A DNA stretch of 33,949 nt from Pseudothermotoga sp. GTDB taxonomy: Bacteria; Thermotogota; Thermotogae; Thermotogales; DSM-5069. Below are positions 27,694 through 33,949 of the stretch, piece by piece. How positions within the stretch are numbered: the first letter of the stretch is position 1; every line of letters starts with the position of its first letter. Made by a program: the position numbers and the translations under genes. The notes beneath the pieces are model-generated. The model worked only from the letters and a program-made list of their open reading frames with translations. It ran no database searches and was not told where the DNA came from. The stretch lies in NCBI GenBank assembly GCA_041640575.1, contig JBEPZZ010000016.1, positions 1 through 33,949 of the forward strand, in the 5' to 3' direction.

Positions 27694-28710
27694 ATGACTA
27701 TGATTCTAAAAGCTGATCCTATTCAACCAAGTACAAGTATTATTCAAAAGGCAGCGTCGGTGATAAAAGAAGGTGGAGTTGTTGCCTTTCCCACCGAGAC
27801 AGTCTATGGTCTGGGTGCTGATTGTTTCAACATAGCTGGAGTTTTAAAGATTTTCAAGATTAAAAATCGTCCACCAGACAATCCGCTTATAGTTCACATT
27901 TGCGAGCAAGATCAACTTTTCGAGCTTGTTTCGCAAGATATTAAGGTAGCAGAAAAAGTTATTGAAAGATTTTGGCCTGGTCCCGTGACTTTGATATTCA
28001 GAAAATCTCCCCGAGTGCCAAAAGAAGTCACCGGAGGGCTCGAAACAGTTGCAGTGAGGATGCCAAGCCATCCCGTAGCTACGCTTCTCATAAAACTCAG
28101 TGGTACACCGATAGCGGCACCGAGCGCAAACTTATCCGGTAGACCAAGTCCAACAAGTGCTCAACATGTCATTGAAGATTTGTATGGAATGGCCGACGTA
28201 ATTATAGACGCTGGTGAGACACCTTTGGGCCTTGAATCAACAATCATCGATTTTTCAAGGGATCGCGCAGTGATACTAAGGCCCGGACCGGCTACTGTCG
28301 AAGAGTTAAGACAGGTAATTCCAGAATTAGAGGTACCAGAATTTCTCTCAAAAACAGAAGAACAACCAGCTCGTCCCCTATCACCTGGCATGACTTATCG
28401 ACATTATTCACCCAACAAGCCATTGATACTCGTTTGCAACGAAGCAAAACTTGACAAGGTTCTAGCGGAATATGCGGATGCACCAATAATATGTCCTGAA
28501 GAATATTCAAACAGATTTCGGAATCGAAAGCTAATCATCCTTGGTCGACTAAGTGAGCCGTACACAATAGCACAGAATCTTTATGCTACTTTACGAAAAA
28601 TTGACACGATGCCTATTACTGCAGCTATTGTGCTGGCTATGGAGCCAAAAGGAATACTTTTCTCTGTGATGAATAGACTGAAAAAGGCTGCTAGCAAAAT
28701 TATTGAATAA
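27694..28710 (+). CDS. sua5: Threonylcarbamoyl-AMP synthase, Sua5 type (YrdC plus SUA5 domain)
   Basis: VAFPTETVYGLG, K-RP-DNPLIVH, AAPSANLSGRPSPT, ESTIID, PGM-Y-HYSP. Confidence 0.95.
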   Translation: MTMILKADPIQPSTSIIQKAASVIKEGGVVAFPTETVYGLGADCFNIAGVLKIFKIKNRPPDNPLIVHICEQDQLFELVSQDIKVAEKVIERFWPGPVTLIFRKSPRVPKEVTGGLETVAVRMPSHPVATLLIKLSGTPIAAPSANLSGRPSPTSAQHVIEDLYGMADVIIDAGETPLGLESTIIDFSRDRAVILRPGPATVEELRQVIPELEVPEFLSKTEEQPARPLSPGMTYRHYSPNKPLILVCNEAKLDKVLAEYADAPIICPEEYSNRFRNRKLIILGRLSEPYTIAQNLYATLRKIDTMPITAAIVLAMEPKGILFSVMNRLKKAASKIIE

Positions 28711-28828
28711 CTTTTCACATTCTTAACAAATACTTACCAATAACTTCAGATAAGTCGTGTCTTCATATTCTTCTTAATCACTTAAAATAGTGATTGAAGA
28801 AAGCCACTCTTGAGGGAGGTGAAAAGCC

Positions 28829-28867
28829 TTGGAAAGCACCAGTAGTTCTCTTAGTTTGCCGCCATAA
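28829..28867 (+). CDS. Putative mgtE leader peptide MESTSSSLSLPP (uORF)
   Basis: SD GGAGGTGA at 28815-22, 6-nt spacer, TTG start, 12 codons ending TTG CCG CCA TAA; 20 nt before the mgtE ATG. Confidence 0.6.
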   Translation: MESTSSSLSLPP

Positions 28868-28887
28868 CATCGGTAGGAGGTGAGGCG

Positions 28888-30228
28888 ATGAAAGTAAGAG
28901 TACAAGTCGACATTAAGAAATTTATTGAGAACAAAGATTTTAGAACGCTAAAAATGCTTCTTTCTGAACAAGAACCTGCAGAAATACTTGAAATGATCGA
29001 AGAACTGCCATCCGACGAAAAAATCGTCGTTTTTCGTTTGTTACCAAAAGATAAAGCTGCCCTTGTTTTCAGTGAATTAGAAGCAGATGACCAGATAGCC
29101 TTAATAGAACTATTCAAAGAGGAAAAACTTAGAGAAATCTTCCTTTCAATGGATCCAGACGATAGAGCCGAACTTCTAGAAGAAATGCCAGCAAATGTGG
29201 TCAATCAATTACTATCTTATCTAGCACCAGATGAAAGAAAACTTACTTTGTCTTTACTCAACTATCCTGAGAACTCCGCTGGACGTCTGACAACACCGAA
29301 GTGTCTCGAATTGTACGAAAGCATGACTGTCAAAGACGCTCTGGAGAAGATCAGGAAGGAGGGTAAGGACAAAGAAACTGTACAGGTAATGCCGATTATT
29401 GATAAAACCAGGAAATTAGTTGGTACCGTTGAGCTTCAAGATTTGATTTTTGCGGATCCTGATAGTTTTGTAAATCAAATCATGAATCCAGAACCTGTTT
29501 TTGTCTATGCAACCGATGACCAAGAGCATGTCGCACAAGTGATGAGAAAATATGACTTATTCGTGGTTCCAGTTGTGGACAGTGAGCAAAGACTCATAGG
29601 AATTATAACCATAGACGACGTAATAGATGTTATCGACGAAGAAGCAACAGAAGATATTCAGAAGATGAGCTCAGTTATCACTATAGAAGAATCATATTTC
29701 CACACCAGTCTTTTCAAGTTAATAGGAAGGCGAACACCATGGTTGATAGCTCTCTTACTTTTAGGAACTCTGAGCCAGGGAATAATATCAAGTTTCGAGG
29801 GTCTTCTAGCGACTTTGCCGATAATAGCTGCCTTTATGCCGGCTATGATTGATTCAGGTGGAAATATAGGTTCTCAAATCTCCGCCCTGATAATACGAGG
29901 AATGGCGCTTGGTGAAATCAAGCAAAAAGATTGGTGGAGGGTTTTAACCAGAGAACTGGTTGTATCTTCAATGATGGCTTTCATCCTCGCGATTGCACTT
30001 TTCTTAAGATCGATGATAACAACATCTGCCCTAAATGTGAGTCTCGCCGTGTCCACTGCTTTGATCGTTGTTACAATTTATTCAAATCTTTTGGGTGCTT
30101 CATTACCATTCATCGCTAAGACAATACACGTTGATCCAGCTATAATGGCTGGACCGCTCTTAACAACGATTGTCGATATATCAGGAATTGCAATTTACTT
30201 CTACGTCATAAAACTTTTCTTTGGCTAA
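28888..30228 (+). CDS. mgtE: Magnesium transporter MgtE
   Basis: N-domain MDPDDRAELLEEMP, YPENSAG, tandem CBS domains, GIITIDDVID, R-PWL, GGN-GSQ, DPA-MAGPL-TT-VD. Confidence 0.96.
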   Translation: MKVRVQVDIKKFIENKDFRTLKMLLSEQEPAEILEMIEELPSDEKIVVFRLLPKDKAALVFSELEADDQIALIELFKEEKLREIFLSMDPDDRAELLEEMPANVVNQLLSYLAPDERKLTLSLLNYPENSAGRLTTPKCLELYESMTVKDALEKIRKEGKDKETVQVMPIIDKTRKLVGTVELQDLIFADPDSFVNQIMNPEPVFVYATDDQEHVAQVMRKYDLFVVPVVDSEQRLIGIITIDDVIDVIDEEATEDIQKMSSVITIEESYFHTSLFKLIGRRTPWLIALLLLGTLSQGIISSFEGLLATLPIIAAFMPAMIDSGGNIGSQISALIIRGMALGEIKQKDWWRVLTRELVVSSMMAFILAIALFLRSMITTSALNVSLAVSTALIVVTIYSNLLGASLPFIAKTIHVDPAIMAGPLLTTIVDISGIAIYFYVIKLFFG

Positions 30229-30233
30229 AAAGC

Positions 30234-30258
30234 TGGCCAGGGGAAATCCCTTTGGCCA
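30234..30258 (+). terminator. Hairpin after mgtE
   Basis: TGGCCAGGGG...CCCTTTGGCCA followed by TATTTCTT. Confidence 0.6.
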
Positions 30259-30323
30259 TATTTCTTAATCTGGAAAAACTGTAAAACTTTGGGCTTCAAA
30301 ATCCTGAACCAAGGGGGGATAAA

Positions 30324-31154
30324 ATGAAAGTTGCAATTGTAGCGGACAGTAGTGTTGATTTTCCACAAGGCTACTCTACGGAGTTTCCAATATACATCTT
30401 GCCGTTAAGAGTATACGTTGATGATGTTGAATATCGTGACAAGGTAGACATATCTGATCAACAATTCTACACTTATGCTTTAGCAGGAAAAAAAGTGGGC
30501 ACATCAATGCCAAACGCTGGAGAAACAACGAATTTGTTGAAAGATCTTTGCTCTGAGTATGACCATGTATATATAGTAACCATATCCAGTAAACTCAGCG
30601 GAACTCACAACATGCTTGCCATGATCATTGATCAACTAGGAGTTAAGAATGCCACTCTGCTGGATTCAAAAAGTGGAAGTGTTAAGAGCTTCTACTTCTT
30701 ACATAGGCTAGCTTGTGACCTTTCGAAAGGCAAGAAAGTTACGCCTGAGGAAGCAGAAAAATATGTGAGCGAATCCGAATTGCTTTTCACAGTTATGACA
30801 CTTGATTATTTGGAAAAGGGTGGAAGAATTGGAAAAGCCAAGGCAATACTTGGGAAAGTTCTGAAGCTAAAACCCTTGCTTTCGACAGATCTTGATGGAG
30901 AAGTTCATTCAGTGGCAAATTACAGACATATTTCAAAGCTCATTGAAGGTGCAGTGCAAAGAGCGAGAAAATTTGTAGGTTCTAAGAATCATATTATAAT
31001 CGGAGGTTACGGTGCCGACAGCATGAAACAATACCTAGATGATCTTTTACTGCATTTTGAGAAATCGAAGATCTTTGGTTTGGCAAGAATAGGTCCAGCA
31101 ATAAGTGCTCACGTAGGGCCAGAAGTCTTTGGGTTGGTGATTGGTTTAATTTGA
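30324..31154 (+). CDS. DegV family fatty-acid-binding protein
   Basis: IVADSS-D, TSMP, ISSKLSGT, DSKS, L-YL-KGGRIG, HVGP. Confidence 0.93.
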   Translation: MKVAIVADSSVDFPQGYSTEFPIYILPLRVYVDDVEYRDKVDISDQQFYTYALAGKKVGTSMPNAGETTNLLKDLCSEYDHVYIVTISSKLSGTHNMLAMIIDQLGVKNATLLDSKSGSVKSFYFLHRLACDLSKGKKVTPEEAEKYVSESELLFTVMTLDYLEKGGRIGKAKAILGKVLKLKPLLSTDLDGEVHSVANYRHISKLIEGAVQRARKFVGSKNHIIIGGYGADSMKQYLDDLLLHFEKSKIFGLARIGPAISAHVGPEVFGLVIGLI

Positions 31155-31191
31155 AAACAAAAAGACTCGGTGAAGAGAAATCTTCACCGAG
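31155..31191. terminator. Intrinsic terminator between convergent degV and peptidase (U-tract on minus strand)
   Basis: 11-bp stem CTCGGTGAAGA-GAAA-TCTTCACCGAG preceded by an A-rich tract. Confidence 0.85.
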
Positions 31192-31202
31192 CTAATTCAA
31201 TT

Positions 31203-33200
31203 TCACTTGAGGTACTTGTTAAACCAGCCAATTATCTCCTGGAGTCGTCTCAACCTATGCATTGGTTTACCACTTCTACTCAGCTCGTGGTTTTCGCCTC
31301 TAAAAATAACCAACTTTGAATCAATGCCATGGTACTTTAGAGCAGTAAACATTTGAATTGCTTCGACAAGCCAGCACCGATAATCTTCGTCAGAATGAAT
31401 GAAAAGCGTTGGGGTTTTAACTTTATCAGCATACTTCATAGGTGAATGATACCAAAGTTTCTCATAATCAGACCAAGGTGTTGCCAAGTGTTGATCTTCA
31501 ACAAAGAAATAGCCAATATCAGTTGTTCCAAATTTTGAAATCCAATTAGCTATACTCCTTTGCGAAACAGCTGCTTTAAATCTATCGGTATGCCCGATTA
31601 TCCAATTTGTCATGAAACCACCGTATGATCCTCCGGTTACGCCGAGTCTGGATTCATCAATGAATGAATGTCTCTTGACTGCTTCTTCTACGAAGATCAT
31701 TAAATCTTCGTAATCAACCGTTCCGTATTTTCCTCGAATATCTGCAAATTCATTTCCTCTACCGTCGCTTCCACGAGGGTTCGTGTAAATGACCACATAC
31801 CCTTCGTTTGCTAAAACTTGCATTTCGTGGAAAAAGACTTCTCCATAAACCGTTTTTGGACCACCGTGTATGTTAAGTATTGCTGGATACTTCTTTGAAG
31901 GATCAAAATCTGTTGGCCGCATGATGTATCCTTCAAGTAGAACTCCGTCTTTCGAATAAAACGTGAATCTCTCAGGTTTGGACAGAGTTTTATTACTAAT
32001 AACCCACTCATTGAAAAAGGTTAATTGGACCTCCTCATGATTCAAAAGCTGGTAGGCTTCTTGCAGCTTTAGATCTCTCATTCCTACAAAAGCTATCTTT
32101 TCGTTACACACGTCGATACCATCGATTGATCCACCTTTAGTTGTGAGCTTTTCTACATTTCCATCAAGATCAATCCTGTTCAGATAAGAGCTATTCCATT
32201 CAGTAGTCACGAAGTACAAATATGTGCCATCGACTTTTGCATCTTTGTTAGAACCATATCGACAATCTGAATTCACACTGTTACGCAAGCTCAAATCAAA
32301 GTTTGGGGTCAAAAGCTTTACTTGCATTGTATTTGGATCGAGCAGGAAGAATTTCGGGTTTTCGTTTATTCCGTACTTTTTCATATTAGTACCAGCAAAG
32401 ATGATTTTGTCTTTTAGAAAGAAGGCATAGGTATAATCAAATGGGTCTTCATGAGTGAGTTTTGTAAGCTTTCCATCAGCTACATCATACAAGTAAAGAT
32501 CTGAGCGGATTTGCATCTTATGTTCAAATCGATTGCAAATGAACAAAAGTTGCTTTTTATCCTCACTCAAAGTAAAATGCTCCACATTCGTTAATTCGTC
32601 AGTTATGGGCGAAAGGCTTGAGTTTGAGGAATCAAAAAGGTAAAGCCTTGTTCTCTTTTTATTTGTAAAGCCAACACCATTTGACCAAAATGGTATTTCA
32701 TCAAGAACTTCGTAATCCTTTTCTTCTTTCAATTTCTTTAAGGCCTTTTCCTTTTCTTTCTCATCCAAACTACAGAAATTTGCTGTCTTTGGATCATAAA
32801 CGGTCATAAGAACGTATTTGTTTTCACAAATTTTCTCAATGCGTTTCACGCTTAGAGGTATTTCAAAAGCTCTCTCAGCTTCTCCTCCGTCAATATTTAT
32901 TTTGTAATAAACAGTGAATGGTTCTCCAGATTCTTTTCTTTTCTTGTCCTTCTCCTCTCTGATGGTAGGAAAAAGTATCGTTCGATCATCTAACCAGATA
33001 AAAGCACCTTCTTTCCCAAAGTTTGTGAGCTGTTTTAAGGTTTTAGTTTCAAAATCATAAAACCAAATCTTGGAGATGTACTCGTTTTCTTCTGGATTCA
33101 TTTGATGCACAACAAACCCAAGGTACCTTGAACTAGGCGAGAACAAAAGGTTCGATATGAATTTGTACTTGAAGAAATCATCGACTTTCAACTTTTCCAT
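31203..33200 (-). CDS. S9 family serine peptidase (acylaminoacyl-peptidase-like, beta-propeller plus alpha/beta hydrolase)
   Basis: IHGGP, NPRGS-G-G, GGSYGG nucleophile, EDYRC, GENH. ATG 33200 preceded by GGAGGA. Confidence 0.93.
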   Translation of the reverse strand: MEKLKVDDFFKYKFISNLLFSPSSRYLGFVVHQMNPEENEYISKIWFYDFETKTLKQLTNFGKEGAFIWLDDRTILFPTIREEKDKKRKESGEPFTVYYKINIDGGEAERAFEIPLSVKRIEKICENKYVLMTVYDPKTANFCSLDEKEKEKALKKLKEEKDYEVLDEIPFWSNGVGFTNKKRTRLYLFDSSNSSLSPITDELTNVEHFTLSEDKKQLLFICNRFEHKMQIRSDLYLYDVADGKLTKLTHEDPFDYTYAFFLKDKIIFAGTNMKKYGINENPKFFLLDPNTMQVKLLTPNFDLSLRNSVNSDCRYGSNKDAKVDGTYLYFVTTEWNSSYLNRIDLDGNVEKLTTKGGSIDGIDVCNEKIAFVGMRDLKLQEAYQLLNHEEVQLTFFNEWVISNKTLSKPERFTFYSKDGVLLEGYIMRPTDFDPSKKYPAILNIHGGPKTVYGEVFFHEMQVLANEGYVVIYTNPRGSDGRGNEFADIRGKYGTVDYEDLMIFVEEAVKRHSFIDESRLGVTGGSYGGFMTNWIIGHTDRFKAAVSQRSIANWISKFGTTDIGYFFVEDQHLATPWSDYEKLWYHSPMKYADKVKTPTLFIHSDEDYRCWLVEAIQMFTALKYHGIDSKLVIFRGENHELSRSGKPMHRLRRLQEIIGWFNKYLK

Positions 33201-33240
33201 CCTATCTCCTCCAATCGTTCGCATTCAGTACTATTTTACC

Positions 33241-33269
33241 AAACAAAAAGGCCAGGTTTTAACCTGGCC
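33241..33269 (-). terminator. Intrinsic terminator after the GH130 gene
   Basis: GGCCAGGTT-TT-AACCTGGCC with an A-tract on the plus strand (U-tract on minus). Confidence 0.8.
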
Positions 33270-33291
33270 GATTATTCTCAAAAGACACTTT

Positions 33292-33948
33292 TTAAACCTT
33301 TCTACACCATTCCATGACTTCTTCGACGCTTATTGTTGCCAGAGCTATGTGGTTGTCGGCCGCCCCATAGTAAACGTAGAATTGTCCTTTGTATTCAACC
33401 ATTGCGTCGCTGAATACGACTGTTGGGACACCACCGAAGATTTCCCATTCCTCCTCGGGTTCTAGAATAGGTTCCTCACTTCTCTTCAAAACTTTTGTTA
33501 CATCGTTAAGATCTATCAAAATGAAACCAAGTCTGTATATAGGTCTTGGAGCATCTTCAACACCATGGTACAGAAGAAGCCATCCATAAGGTGTTTTTAT
33601 CGGTGGAGCACCTGCCCCGATTTTCAGATTATCCCAGTAGCCTTGTCTTGGTTTTGCAATGCTAACAAAGTCTCTCCAGTGTATCAGATCGTCAGAAAAA
33701 GCCAACCATATGTCTGGCGGTATTCTATGTAACATAACGTATTTACCGTTGATTTTTTCCGGAAAGAGTGCGGCATCTTTGTTATCGACATCTGGTATGA
33801 CAACCCCGTAGCGTTTCCATGTGAGAAAATTTTTTGTAGAAGCCATGGAAATTCTCACACCAATAGGTGAATATGCTGTGTAGAGAATATAGTATTCATC
33901 ACCTATCTTAGTTATCCTTGGATCTTCTACACCGTAGAGTTCATATTT
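33292..33948 (-). CDS. GH130-family glycoside phosphorylase/hydrolase (5' part outside window)
   Basis: Frame is open to the window edge: YGVEDPRIT...YTAY, NKDAALFPEKING, HR, KIGAGAPP, LLYHG, YYGAAD. Confidence 0.88.
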   Translation of the reverse strand, partial: KYELYGVEDPRITKIGDEYYILYTAYSPIGVRISMASTKNFLTWKRYGVVIPDVDNKDAALFPEKINGKYVMLHRIPPDIWLAFSDDLIHWRDFVSIAKPRQGYWDNLKIGAGAPPIKTPYGWLLLYHGVEDAPRPIYRLGFILIDLNDVTKVLKRSEEPILEPEEEWEIFGGVPTVVFSDAMVEYKGQFYVYYGAADNHIALATISVEEVMEWCRKV

Positions 33949-33949
33949 G

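Noticed and set aside
28819..28845. Alternative uORF GTG-AAA-AGC...TAG (MKSLGKHQ) in the mgtE leader
   Set aside because: Its GTG lies inside the SD itself; the TTG frame has proper SD spacing.
28711..28887. M-box (ykoK) Mg2+ riboswitch expected upstream of mgtE
   Set aside because: No recognisable M-box conserved segments or terminator, and the leader after the putative promoter is too short.
1..33949. CRISPR arrays, tRNA/rRNA genes, IS elements, prophage or defence genes
   Set aside because: No spaced repeats, cloverleaf or rRNA-like segments, or transposase/integrase/phage ORFs were seen by eye.

Overview
AT-rich, densely coding bacterial chromosomal segment. Gene content and protein style suggest Thermotogota (Pseudothermotoga/Thermotoga-like); this is an inference from remembered homologues, not a database result. 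It holds about 32 CDSs: 3' part of an argininosuccinate lyase-family gene, YhhN and PiT-family membrane proteins, a DUF6062-like/MoxR/DUF58/DUF4129 operon, 5'-nucleotidase, superoxide reductase plus flavodiiron protein, RNase HIII, nth, a pepQ-efp-asp23-nusB-fhs-folD-trpS-scpA-scpB operon, a five-gene NuoE/ferredoxin/NuoF/NuoE/NuoF operon with no catalytic hydrogenase subunit, a stand-alone phosphoketolase, sua5, mgtE, degV, an S9 peptidase and a partial GH130 gene. No rRNA, tRNA, CRISPR or transposase was seen. Main points: (1) a complete fluoride (crcB) riboswitch with terminator platform precedes the MoxR operon rather than a fluoride exporter; (2) a probably Rex-controlled flavo-Fe/S operon pairs a bifurcating-type and a non-bifurcating-type NuoF without HydA; (3) an unannotated 12-codon leader ORF ending Leu-Pro-Pro-stop sits just upstream of mgtE, and the EF-P here has Met at its normally modified loop tip.
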